A stretch of 62,669 nt of DNA, counting the filler, from Stramenopiles sp. TOSAG23-3 (lineage: Eukaryota), in the NCBI GenBank assembly GCA_900128585.1. It is 8 parts of 8 records of this genome, joined end to end, with 100 filler letters (N's around TTAATTAATTAA, not from the genome) between each part and the next. Parts side by side here need not be neighbours in the genome. Positions count along the whole stretch, not along the records: positions 8,767 to 17,415 come from LT642995.1; positions 17,516 to 26,161 come from LT642996.1; 6 more parts are not named here. The stretch is one strand, 5' to 3'. The position numbers and the translations under genes were made by a program. Shown piece by piece: positions 9,126-20,842 of the stretch. The notes under the pieces are model-generated. The model was not told the DNA's origin, searched no databases, and saw only the letters and a program-made list of their open reading frames with translations. How positions within the stretch are numbered: position 1 is the first letter of the stretch; every line of letters begins with the position of its first letter.

Positions 9126-12100
9126 ATGAGATTTTATATACGACGCCTGCGATTGTTTGAGTTTTGCGCTCTTCTTGTTTATATATTTGAAGCTTTCGCG
9201 AGCGTCGACGAAAGTTTTCGCCATTGTAAATATTCTGCCCCAAATAGGCTATCGGCTTCACAAAAGTACGAACTTTGTAACAATCGCTCAAGAGAAAGTA
9301 CCCGGTTTATTGTTTCTTGTGCGCAGAAAAGTGTTAAAGCTCTTTCTCCTGGTAATACTGTTAAGCTTTGTAAAAATTCCACAACAAGTGATATGCCTGG
9401 TAGGTGTGCGAGTCACCTGGCAATCGGCAAAGCAATACCAGAGCAGGATATTCTGCAGCTATGCCTGAAATCGAAGTCCATATGGCCTGCGATTTGTTTT
9501 AAAAGTGTTTTTAAAATTGCTAAAATCCGTGTAAAAAATGTCTCACAAAGAGCTGTTCTGTCTAGACAAATTTGTAAGACTGCTGTAAATGACGATCAAG
9601 AATCTTGTGTATTGAAATCTCCACGGTCATTATCATTTTCTCAAGTTGCCGGACTATGTAAAGATGGTAAGTAAACGTTTTTTTCTGATCCAAATCTCAA
9701 AAACCTAACTATTTATACTTTTCTTTCGATAGGTAACGACCCCGTCCCTTGCTTTTCTATGATAAGAAGTTTTCGCAGCATAGACGTAAATAGTTCTATT
9801 AAATTGTGCCGAGGAAGTAAAAGTGTGTTCCCTGCAACATGTGTGAAGAAGGCCCCTAGAAATTTGGACAGGGTTGCTTTATGCACGGGCGCAAATATTG
9901 ATGCACCAGCAGAATGTGCTAGGAAGCTTTGGAAAAATAGACGGCATGGTCTCGATCGAAAACAGATAGTCGCTGTGTGTACTTCAGCGCAAACGTTGGG
10001 GCCAGTGAAATGTATTGTGTCTCTGCCACATGGTTTGGACGGTGAACTCAAAGTGCGACTTTGCCGAAATGCCGCATCGAGTTTACCCGCTGATTGCTTT
10101 TCTCATGCCATGCATTCACGTGCTGTGAGAACTGTAACGAAGAGAAATAGGGGCGGGGATGTAGAATCTATCACCAAATTGTGTGAACAAACGTTATCAT
10201 TGTCGCCTGTCATGTGTATCAATACAATTGCACATGCCAAAGACTTATCATTACCACAAAAAACAAGGTTGTGTTTAGACGCCCAAGATACATCCCCAGC
10301 AAGCTGTTATTTACTATTGCACAAAATAATCAATATCGAGCATTTGATAAGATTTTGTTCCCATAGAAAATCTCCAGGAGTAGCTGCCAAAACCGATTAC
10401 TTTCCAATAGAGGCAGCGAATTGTGTACTGCAACTCACAGAGAAGACACTTAGTGCTTCTTTAAAGTTATCGATTTGTCGAAATGCCAAGTCTGCTGCAC
10501 CAGCCATTTGTTTTGCAAATGCAATTTCCTCTAAACTCCCAGTGCATTTGCGAGCAGATTTATGTCGGGAAACTGATTCGGCACTAGGCCCTATCGAATG
10601 CTTCTCCGTAACCACTGGGGATATAAACGGCGAAAAGAAGGTGAAACTTTGTTCTCGTGCTATTTCAGAAGCACCCGCTCGTTGTGCCCAACGTATCCAG
10701 TCCCGAAACATGCGCGCAGATGAAAAAGTGAAGTTATGCGAGAAAGCAATTGACACTTGGCCTGCTAAATGCGCCAACTCAATGCCACGAAAAGGGCTTT
10801 TACGAAATTTTGAAGTAGCGCGTTTATGTAATGAGGCAATTTCGCTAGACCCCGGGGAATGTTTTCTCTCGGCCCCAAATACATTCTCTACAGAACAGAA
10901 GATTTCCCTTTGTCGCCGGGTAAAAAATGCAGAGCATGTGGTGAAGTGCGCCCGCATATTGACTACTCTTCGAGATATTGAGCAACGGGTGTTAGTTTGT
11001 TCTCAAGTTACGTCTGCTTTGGTGGTGGAATGTATCCAGCATGTGTCGTTGAAATGGCATATTGAAATAAAACTCTCGTTCTGCTCGAATATCAGATCCC
11101 GCAAAGAGTTTCTATGCGTCAAGAATTTACCTACTCGTCTGCGCCCAACGCTGGAAGGTATGTTGTGCCAAAATGCTACAAACAATGGACCTATTGATTG
11201 TCTACATGCAATGCCATCAAGGTTCACTGATGATCAAAGTGTTTCTATGTGTCGCGGTTCTAGGTCAGATATGCCTGCAAAGTGTGCCCGCGAAGCAAGT
11301 TTACGCCTGCCAACTCGCATTATTGAAATTGTATGTAAACAGACTAAATCAATAGCCCCAGGGCAATGCTTACGGGCCCAGTCGGCAATCTCTCTTACGG
11401 CAGCAATAGTGAACAAATGTAAAATCGCTATATCTATTCCCAGCCAAGTTGTTATTGTGGATGGTTTTCAACAAAATATATCATCGCAAGGTTCAATGCA
11501 TGGAAAAACAAAGTTAAGTGAGCGCATTGTAGCTGTTGTAAAAAATCAATTTGGGGCTCAAGTAGTACAGCAAAACAATCTCCCCACGCTATATGCAACG
11601 GTAGATAAAGGGAGGGAACTAGGTGCCACTCTTATTGGGTTAAAAGGTGTTAATCCTGATGAGCGTGGAACATATGTATTTGAGCCCGTTGAACTGAAAG
11701 CTACTCGTGGTGGGGTGTTTTGGATTAATATTGGAGGAGCGTCTTTAAAACCAGGGCGCGTGCCTTTTCGAGTTCGAGAATCGTTCATTCCCAATCATTG
11801 TACTGATCAATACACTGGTTGCAATATTGTGTACCATCAGTTAATGTCCACTTCATTAAAACGAGCTGGGGCCTTTCACAACATGTTATTCGGAGCAGTT
11901 TTGCTTTCTAAGTGGACGTTTCTTGCAATTGCATGCATCGACACCCTAGCTTCTGAAAGTACTCATCTATGGCCTGAACACCAAACTGGTTTAGTGCAGC
12001 TACAAATCAGTCGCCGTGGAGTAGGGCGTCTAAAGGCAAGGTTTGATGTGCCAACAATATTTGATACTTCATTTGAAAAACTTGGACTTTCAATCTCCAA

Positions 12101-12272
12101 TCACAGTAATAAGACAATCAGGAAAGCGTACAGGATAAAAGCTTTTGAATGGCACCCTGACAAATGGTCTTCAGTGATTTTAAATGCTGCTTGTATCCAA
12201 TTTGTTGCAGAAACATTTGACGTAGTTGTTGGTGCGTATAATAATTTGCGACTGGGTGTACAGAAAAATTAG
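9126..12272 (+). CDS. Two-exon gene (9126-9666, 9733-12272; ~1026 aa): signal peptide, ~23 Cys-pair repeats, C-terminal J (DnaJ) domain
   Basis: Splicing out 9667-9732 joins ORFs 9090..9674 and 9759..12272 in frame (GLCKDG-NDPVPC). Repeat consensus LCxxAxSxxPAxC; J-domain segment IRKAYRIKAFEWHPDKW...AYNNL. Confidence 0.85.
9667..9732 (+). other. Spliceosomal intron (66 nt, GT-AG)
   Basis: Donor GTAAGT at 9667, branch CTAAC at 9705-9709, pyrimidine tract and TAG acceptor ending at 9732; contains an in-frame TAA. Confidence 0.9.
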
Positions 12273-12508
12273 GTATTACATTTGGTTCGCGTGAAAATAT
12301 AGTATGCTTTAAGACTCTCATTTTATATCAATTACGATTTCAGTTCCAACCTTAATCCTAACTTGATTTTTTGATTTGATTTTTTAATTTCGTTTCGTTT
12401 TGGTTGTCAATCACTGAGGAATTATTTTTATTCCAATGAGAAGAATTACTACCAGGTGATAATATTTCTTTTTTTGTGAAAGGCGATCGGAACTCAACAA
12501 ACCGATGA

Positions 12509-12680
12509 TAAAAAACAAATATTATAGTATGTTTTAATTAGATCAAAAAGAAAATAGAAGGTAAAACCGTTCAAGAACCCAAACTCCTCCTTGTTCCAGA
12601 ATACGAAAAAATATTCTGATAATGTCAACTATCATATGTTAAGATTTGTTTGAGACAGCGGCTACTATTGCTTTGTAGAT
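12509..12680 (+). repeat. Dispersed repeat, module B (AAAAACAAAT...GAAGGTAAAACCGTTCAAGAACCCAAACTCCTCCTTGTT), running into the 118-bp unit
   Basis: Homologous to 17335-17415 and 56975-57070, and to 54098-54266 in inverted orientation. Confidence 0.85.
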
Positions 12681-12905
12681 GCCTGGATCTGCCCCAAAAC
12701 CTATTCTGATAGTCTTGGCATAAGGTGACCTGGTCGGATGGTCGCGTCAAACTATCATAAGATTTGTTTGAGACAGTGGCTATTATTGTTTTGTAGATGC
12801 CTGGATCTGCCCCAAAAAATATTCTGATAGTCTTGGCGTTAGGTGACCTGGTCGTATGGTTGTGTCAAACTATCATAAGATACGTTTGATACAGCGGCTA
12901 TTATT
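12625..12905. repeat. 118-bp tandem repeat, ~2.3 copies
   Basis: aagat(t/a)(t/c)gtttga starts at 12641, 12759 and 12877 (period 118), with a few substitutions between copies. Confidence 0.92.
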
Positions 12906-13631
12906 AATTATTTAGATAAACACTGAATTAGTTTTTTTTTTTTTCAATTATCTAAAGTTATATGACTACTGAACTTTCCAATTCATCCTTCCTTTGCAAT
13001 GTAATTTGTTTTCGTTTACTAAAGTTTTACTTTCTTCTTGTACTGCGATTTGTTTCTGCTCCTTTGTTTTAATTGATCGATTTACTCTAATCATTTAGTC
13101 ATCTACACTATCTTCCTCTGTGTATTCCGGTTCACCTCATCTTCGATAATGTGACCCATAACGATGTCATCGTCGAATCCAAAATCGACTTCTTCTTCAG
13201 ATGTCTCACTCATAACTGATTCGGGTTTTATTTGATTTATTAATCAGCGGCTTAATTATTTTGAAGGTTCTCGTTTTCTGTTTTGTATTGGGGGGTAAAT
13301 TGCTTTATAGCTTATAGAGTAAGTAGGGGGCCTAACCCTCCATTTTTTGTGGGGTTTTTTTCAATGCCCTCCTCCCCTTGCATATTCTTAATTTTACATC
13401 CTCTCTAATGAGTCGCTGGTTTACGACATCTCCTCCTCCTTAAAATATTAGGCGAATATAATCCACTTGGAGCCTGGAAATCGACTTCTCTCGCTTTGGG
13501 GAGGGTAGGATAGGAGGGGCCTAGCACTCATTTTTGGATTTCAACGACCTCCACCCTGATACCAAAATAGTATTTTACAGAAGGTTGACAAAAGTTTGTA
13601 CTTCAGTGATTAGTCTAATAAATATTATACT

Positions 13632-13885
13632 TTAAAAACAAGAAAATTGGCTGTTATTTAAGTATTATACTTTTAATAGATGTAATTAACATAGAACTGC
13701 GACTGTTCTCAGGTTCAGAATTATTCGACTCTTTCGGGCCTAATCCCTTCCATTCTTAGAGAATACGGGTTCATTTATAGATAAACTGAATTTGTTTTTT
13801 GTAATTAAATAATTCAAGACACCTTCTTTTTTCTTTAATTTTAATTACTATAAAATAACAGCCAATTTTTCTTGTTTTTTTTTAA
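13632..13885. repeat. Inverted pair of dispersed repeat module A (TTAAAAACAAGAAAATTGGCTGTTATT), MITE-like arrangement
   Basis: 13632-13664 reads forward and 13853-13885 is a near reverse complement, enclosing ~190 bp. Confidence 0.7.
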
Positions 13886-14539
13886 TTCTTTTGTTGCCAG
13901 AAATATCTGAAGTTAGACAAATAAAATAAGACGTATGACGTCATTTGGATGTTCTTTTCGAGGTGTTCGTTCGGCTGTTGGGGTCGGGCTTAATGCAAAA
14001 CCCTGTGCAAAACGTCCTGGGCGCTGACTATCATTTTGAGATATGTCGTTTACGGTTGTCTCCTCGTCCATTTTCGCTATTATGCCCGATAATACACACG
14101 TCGGTTTCTCCCATACAATTTACCAGTCCAAGGGTCATGCCAACACTCTCATCCCTTTTTTTTAAAACCCTCCGGTTCCACTGTTCACTTGTGTCACACG
14201 CCAGAGAAAATAACTCTTTGCAATCTCTTCGTGCCTCATGAAACGCATCTGTGACCACAGCTCTTGCTATTTTCTTCGTATGGGTGGATTCATTCAGTGC
14301 AGAACGGACAATTACCGCATGGGTACCGTATCCAGCTCGATTGATTGAAGGTTTTCAACCTAAAAGCTTCGGCCAGAGTTCTCTGTCTTCCATATGATGA
14401 ACATTGTTGTCCATAGAATAAATACTAATGGACTGCCGTACAGGTTTTCGCGCTCCATAAATAGAAATCGCTGTAGATCTCGAATTCCGTCGCTAAATTA
14501 CTGTGAGCGTTGGACCATGTATAATACCAAATGTAACAA

Positions 14540-15565
14540 CTATAAACTGGTGAACTCTTTAATTTCTAATGATGCATCAAACATACGATAAATATATAGT
14601 GGGTGATTTTTCAAGCCACTATGGAAGCATGAATCAAAATCATTTGAATCTTTGACGGCGCGCAACATGTAATTTTGGATATCTTGCACTGTGGCAGCAG
14701 CAGAGAAAACGCCAGTCTGCGTTATCGGGTGATTTCGCTTTTTTACTAATATGTCATCACTGGTAATAGGCGAAAATGGCCCTGAAATAGTTGCAAAAGG
14801 GCAATAAAATGTTGCACTATTTTGCGCAAAAGCCCTTGCTCGTTGAAAATAGGAAGATTTAACTATCGTATTGGTTTCCAAAACGATCGCAATCTCTTTC
14901 TGTTTTCCAGCCGTCAAACCAAAATTAATAGACGCCGATCTTGAATACTTCGTTTTCTGGTACACAACATCAACAATAACTTGTCCACCTGTTTCGTTTG
15001 AGAATGAAGATACGATTTCTTGCAACTCGGAGTATTGTATCTTATTCAATTCTTCAAAGAATGTATCACAAAAAGACCAAGATATGATTATTCGCTTTTC
15101 TCCTCTTATTTGCGTAAAAGAGTTGGTATTTATTTCCAAAAAGTTTTTGAGCTCGTGTATTTTACAGGCAAATGGCACAGTAATTACGATAGGTTTCTGC
15201 AATATCTGAACAGATGAAACCGGACTCATGAAGACTCCGCCACGATATGGAATATAGACTAAATATTCTAGGTTGGTGCCAGAACATTTAATAAGTGCAA
15301 GAAAATCTGATCGATCCCATTGGAAAAGCAATTTCCAAAGACCGCAATAGATAATTGTCTGGCAGTTACTGTAGGACTTCTGCAGGTGTACTCGTATTTG
15401 CCGACCTCCTCTCAAGTTCTGTACACATTCTTGTTGCGACAAGCTCCTATAAATGTTGATTCGTTGGAGCTCATAATTCTGCTTGCATCCATAGATGACT
15501 TGTACATTTAATGTAAAACATACATCCTGGTACAACGTTGCGTGAGCAGATTGCCTGTTCCTCAC
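14540..15565 (-). CDS. Divergent chondroitin GalNAc-transferase/ChPF-like (CHGN, GT-A fold) protein, possibly inactive or pseudogenised
   Basis: Ordered motifs resemble CHGN proteins: PIVITVPFACKIHELKNFL, YSRSASINFG, IVLETNTIVKSSYFQRAR...FYCP (ETN at the DxD position) and LYIYRMFDASL. Recognised by eye only; start uncertain. Confidence 0.4.
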   Translation of the reverse strand: MRNRQSAHATLYQDVCFTLNVQVIYGCKQNYELQRINIYRSLSQQECVQNLRGGRQIRVHLQKSYSNCQTIIYCGLWKLLFQWDRSDFLALIKCSGTNLEYLVYIPYRGGVFMSPVSSVQILQKPIVITVPFACKIHELKNFLEINTNSFTQIRGEKRIIISWSFCDTFFEELNKIQYSELQEIVSSFSNETGGQVIVDVVYQKTKYSRSASINFGLTAGKQKEIAIVLETNTIVKSSYFQRARAFAQNSATFYCPFATISGPFSPITSDDILVKKRNHPITQTGVFSAAATVQDIQNYMLRAVKDSNDFDSCFHSGLKNHPLYIYRMFDASLEIKEFTSL

Positions 15566-17209
15566 TGTTCGTTCATTCGCCGCCCCAAGAAAGAATGTAC
15601 CTGTAACGGCACGGATGACCCGTAGATTTTGTGATGTTATTCAGGCACAGGCAATCATCGCGTTGTTTCAATTTTAATGGTAATACATTTTAAGGAACAT
15701 ATCATATAAATAAATTATCGTCCTTCATTATTATTACTGAATATGAACATATTGTACTTATAGTTTTGGTTCATGTAAATATCCCTATTTATTATAAAGG
15801 AATTCTAGTATAATTGAGACGTGATTGATGTTGACATATTTAGAGAAAGTCTTGCATATCGGCCATCTTGAGTAGTAGATATATCATTCGCTGCGACAAA
15901 TCCACACAATTAGGTAGTTGGGCAAATTCAACCGGAAACGTTGTTAATCAAACGCAGAAAATCAGTCTTTTATAGTACTATACGATAAACGCAGTACTAT
16001 GCGACTACTACTACAACTGAGCTTTCCTGATTGTGTCTTCTTCCGTATGTAATGCGCACTTCCTCAATTCTGTGCTGCATCTATAATGTATGAGAATGTA
16101 TGAGAATTCACTTAAAATAAAGGATTTTCTCCTTGTTAATTTACTGTTGTTGTCCTGCAAAATGATGTAATTTTATAGTGTATTTTATCTATACATTCAT
16201 TTTCTGTTGTGAGTGTTTCTTGTGACAAAATGATGTTTTTCTGTTATTTTACAGTTTAAATTATTTCGATGCATATTTTCTGTTGTTGTTAGTTGGGTCG
16301 GTCCGTGTGTTCAGCTTGTTTATTATTTTTTTCATCGAACCTCATCTTTATATATTTGTACATTCAATACCTTAATATTATTTATCTACTGTACTAAAAC
16401 ACTAATTTAAAAATAAAAAAGGAAAGGTACGTTACTAATTTTTATTCTCTACCAGATCCCCTCGGCACTCCCCTACGATGTACGGAGTACGGAGCTATCA
16501 TCCACGACGGGAATTTTTAATTAATTATTCGATGCCGGAACAGTGAGGTTTCCACTGCTTTTTACAATCATGTCGTTTACTAAAATTTGAGACGGCACCG
16601 AATGTTTTTACGAAGTTTTACTAATATATAATTATTATTCCGTGCATATGAGAAATGAGTGAAGTGCTCGTTTTTCGAATACGAATTAGTTGAATTGTAA
16701 AACAACAAGCAGTTCCAATGTATCCCATAATAGTGGAGGAAAGAAACGGAATAGTACCAAATACACTTATAATAAATACATTTATCCACATCCACACTTG
16801 ATCCTCAAAACAAAAGTATGTCTATATACTCAACAACATAATGTTAACCGTATTTCCCCACAGAAAATCTACCATTTCCCCATTACAATCAGAGTCCCAT
16901 GCACAATACCAACTAATACCAAGTACCTGATAAAAAAGCAGACGAAGCTCCAACCAATAAAAATATCACACAATGGAAATTGTATTTTAATTTCACCTGC
17001 AAGGTAATATATACTGAGAATAGGTTCAGAGGCGGTGATGTGTTTGCCCGGTTGGCCAGTCGGGATCTCGTCCTGCCGGAGATGCCCTCGCCCACTTCCT
17101 TCTCCCCTTCCGATTCGTCCGAGGATGACAAAGGTAGAGTCGGGGGGTAGATAAACTGTACTATTTCTTTTAAGAAAAAAACTGTACTATTTCTATATAT
17201 TTTTTTTTT

Positions 17210-17415
17210 TTAAACGAAAAATTTGGCTGTTATTTAAGTATTTTAAGAAAAAAGAAGGTGTCAGTTCAAGAACAATATCTCCTCCTATTGCAGATCCTCC
17301 CCAAGCTCTGGTCAATATTCCAATTGTGTACTATATAAAAAACAAATTATATATAGTATGTTTTAAGTCAAAAAAGAAAAGAAAAAAGAAGGTAAAACCG
17401 TTCAAGAACCCAAAC
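17210..17415 (+). repeat. Dispersed repeat modules A and B in tandem, truncated by contig end
   Basis: 17210-17294 is module A plus a diverged GAAGGT...TTCAAGAAC segment; 17341-17415 matches 56981-57055 with one mismatch. Confidence 0.9.
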
Positions 17416-17515
17416 NNNNNNNNNNNNNNNNNNNNNNNNNNNNNNNNNNNNNNNNNNNNTTAATTAATTAANNNNNNNNNNNNNNNNNNNNNNNNNNNNN
17501 NNNNNNNNNNNNNNN
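17416..17515. other. Artificial contig spacer
   Basis: 44N-TTAATTAATTAA-44N. Confidence 0.98.
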
Positions 17516-17617
17516 GTTATTCCTATATTATACAATTTATTCTTATGCTCTGTACATAGTATTCATATATATTTCCTGTTATTCCTATATTATATAATTT
17601 ATTCTTATGCTCTGTAT
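17516..17617. repeat. Short direct duplication (~40 bp, period 62)
   Basis: gttattcctatattata(c/t)aatttattcttatgctctgta occurs at 17516 and 17578. Confidence 0.85.
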
Positions 17618-17882
17618 ATGTTATACAATATGAACCAATCAGAGAATAACGGCCGGCGGTTAGAAAAGAAGAAGAAGTCAACCTCGCCTCCTCCGCCCTC
17701 CCTTCGACCTCCGACCCCACCCCAGAGAAGTGTGTTCTCATGTACATTTGATTGGTTTCGTTCATTCGTGTACTCCGTACTTACTGGGTTGTTCCATTGA
17801 ATTTTGTCGTTTTGTGTTTTGTTTTCTCTCCCTCCCTCCCATTCGCTCGTTTTTTATTTATTTTTTTGTCACTACCGTCATC

Positions 17883-20780
17883 ATGGGGATGGTTCAGTGT
17901 CGAGGGTCGGGCAACGCCCTTAAGGCGGCCCTCTTCCTGTGCGTCTTCCTGACGTGCACCGCAAACGATGACAGGGGGGTTCACGACCCTATGATAATCT
18001 TTCCGCCGTACCAAAAGGTGACGACGCGGTCCCCGTCCCCCATGTTTCGCTGGTTCAAAGACCCGATCACGTCGGTGAAGAAAGCCGTGGAATTTTGGTT
18101 CCACTGCAGGGAGAAAATGGCACGGGACGCCGACCCATTGGTCGCCCAGGACAGGCTCGACTTCCCGTTGACGCCGTTGGAGCGGGGGTTCTGCCACCAA
18201 CTAGAGCATAGACTTTGGCACGAAAAGCGCAAGCACGCGAGGCCGGCGATGGGCAATCGCGCCGAGAACGCCCAGGCCACCGTGGAACGCCTGCACGTTT
18301 ACCCCCGGTTTGGGGAAACGCTGCCGACGCACAAAGCCTTTTTCGCCCAGTACAGCAGCGCGGGCCAGCCGCTCGTCCTCGAAGAACTCGGGAAACGGAT
18401 GGTCCCGGAGACCGGGATGCTGGACGGGTGCGTGCAGGGGCACGAGGCCGGGCAGGAGGAAATCAGCCTCCCGCACCACTGCGTGGTGTTTCTTCGGGCA
18501 AACTACAAGATTCCAGACTTTTTGGCGGCCGACCTGTACCAGGCCCCCATCTTTCGCGACGACGAGGGGGGGTTTCTGGGAAAGCACTGCAACCGTTGGC
18601 CGATCGCCAAGGTCCAAAGGGCCGGGTACGTCGAGCCGCTGGCGGAGACGACGTTCGGGTCACACGCCCTGATCCTGGCGGTTCACGGGGAGATTGAGGT
18701 CAAGCTGTACAGGAGAGAGCACCACCCATTTCTGTTGCCAACCTTTCGGAACGAATCGTGGCTGGGTGACCCGTCCCATGTATACAATGCCGAGGCGTTC
18801 GGGGACGGCATGGGGGACAAGGCGCCGTGCTTCGCCACGGAGTTGGGGGAGAACGATGCGATCTACGTCCCATCAGGATACATTTACTCGTGGAAAATTT
18901 TGCCCCACAAAGGGGGGGGGGGCAGACCCGAAGACCACCGTCGTTGTGCACGAGTTCCTCGACGCCGCCGCGCTCAGCACCCACAAGGAAGAGTTTCGAC
19001 GGGCGATGCTCCGTGCGGGGAAGGGGAAAGAAAACTGCGACGACAACGACGATGGAGGGACAGGCAGCGCCGCGGCGGACCCTGGCGGGAGAAGACTCCA
19101 GAATGGCGGGGAAGCCAACCGCCACCGGACACCGCTGTCGACTAACGAGGCGTACCAGGAAAAGCAAAAGAGCGGAAGGGCGCTCAAGGGGGAGGTGCAA
19201 GAAGATGACGACGACGAGGAGGACGGGGGGGAGCCCTTGTCCTACGGGGCCTCCCCCTCGCACGGGGAAACGCCGTCCGCAATGGTCAAGTACTACCAGG
19301 CGCTGCGGGCGCTGCACACCGAATCCGTAGTCGTGCAGCAGACGTACGGGGGGATGATGAGCTGGGACGACTACAAGGCGTTTCCCCGCCCGGACCCGCC
19401 AAGCCCGAAGAATAGAAGAGAAAAGTACAAGTTGTGGCAGGCCAAAAAGTCCTGGGAGCAGAAGCTCCTTCACTTTACGGGCCCGGCGCCCAGCAGCGTC
19501 ACCGTCGGCAGCATCACCCAAACGAGCGTGGACCTCATCGTGACGTTCCCCAAGGATCTCCCCAAGCTATTCTTTAAAGAAGTCTTCGACTGTTTCTACG
19601 TCTCTGGGTTCACCGTCTTCGACATTGTTGTCCCGGACGACACGGTCGAGACCCACCCGTCGCTCCCGTTCCTGGCTCGGAACGTTTCCGGAACGGCGCT
19701 GTCCGAGTCCTCTTACCGCGTGACGGTGGGCGGCCTGCGGCCGAAGGAAGTGTACATAATTTGCGTTGCGGCGCGAACAAAGTTGGCAAAGGCGGAATCG
19801 TCGGAGCCCATCTTTGTTCGCACGCCCGCGTTCACCGTTCCGGCGCCGCCGCCCGCCCCGGAAATCACCAATACCCAGTACGGTGGACGAAGCGTTCTGT
19901 CCGCGATCCGAGTGAGGCTCCCGGGCAGCAACGGCGGGCACGGGATCACCGCCTTCTCCCTCCGGTGGGAGCGGACGGACGGGCTCTACCCGTTCGTGTT
20001 CGAACCGATTTACCACAAGGTCGAGCCCGAAATGGAAGGGGTGGACCGGGTAGGTTTCGATTCGGACGGGTGGATGCACCTCAACGTGGAGAACTTGGTC
20101 CCTGGCGCAAAGTACAAGTTCCAAGTCGCGTGCGAGAATGAGCTCGGGCTTGGCCCGTACAGCCCGTTCTCCGGCGAAATGCTAGCCGCCGAGCAGCCCG
20201 ACGGCGCCGCCGTTGCCTTAATCTCTGGGGTCCGGCACGCATACCGGCACACGCACAACTACCGTCGCCTCGCACGAAAAGGGCCGACGATATGGATGCT
20301 GTACGAAGCGCAGAGCCTGAAGCTGTCCGTGAACGACGTGGACAGCGACGACGAGTACTTTGGGGAAGTCTTCACGGAAGATTCCCCGGAAATCATCATC
20401 CCCGCGTGGCGGTCCCACTTCACCCCACCCTACGACGTCAAAGGCGATGTCGTCGTATCCGAGCCAGTGTTCGCGGAGGAACAGCTGTGGAACGCCGACG
20501 ACGTCAAGGGCGCCATCGTGCTGGTCCGCCGGGGGAAGGTCCCTTTCTTGACCAAGGCGCGCCACGCCGTGCTCGCCGGCGCAGTCGGGATGATCCTCGT
20601 CGACGATGGGCGCTGCACGGGGGAAGGCGAGTACGATTGGGAAGACACGAGCCAGCTCTGTGTTGTAGGAAGCGTTCGTGGAAACGGCGATGGGTTTGCG
20701 AGGGAGGATCATCCGGAGGGTTGGGAAAACATTAAAATACCAACCTACTTGATCCTGGAAAAAAGCGGTGGCGACCTGTT
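17883..20780 (+). CDS. Secreted protein: degenerate JmjC/cupin-like domain, two FN3 domains and a PA domain; frameshifted at a G11 run, 3' end lost in N gap
   Basis: Signal peptide (ALKAALFLCVFLTCTA); cupin motif ELGENDAIYVPSGY; removing one G from 18912-18922 joins ORF 17730..19145 to ORF 18694..20886. FN3 motifs VTVGGLRPKEVY and VENLVPGAKYKFQVACENELGLGPYS; PA motif KGAIVLVRRGKVPFLTKARHAVLAGAVGMILVD. Confidence 0.78.
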
Positions 20781-20842
20781 NNNNNNNNNNNNNNNNNNNN
20801 NNNNNNNNNNNNNNNNNNNNNNNNNNNNNNNNNNNNNNNNNN
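20781..20842. other. Intra-scaffold gap (62 N, no spacer motif)
   Basis: Run of N lacking TTAATTAATTAA. Confidence 0.95.

Noticed and set aside
12625..12905. 118-bp unit as a 5S rRNA array or CRISPR array
   Set aside because: No resemblance to 5S rRNA on either strand; whole units repeat with no unique spacers.
12300..17415. Endogenous virus, Polinton or autonomous transposon
   Set aside because: No capsid, packaging ATPase, polymerase, integrase, RT or transposase motifs were found in any ORF.
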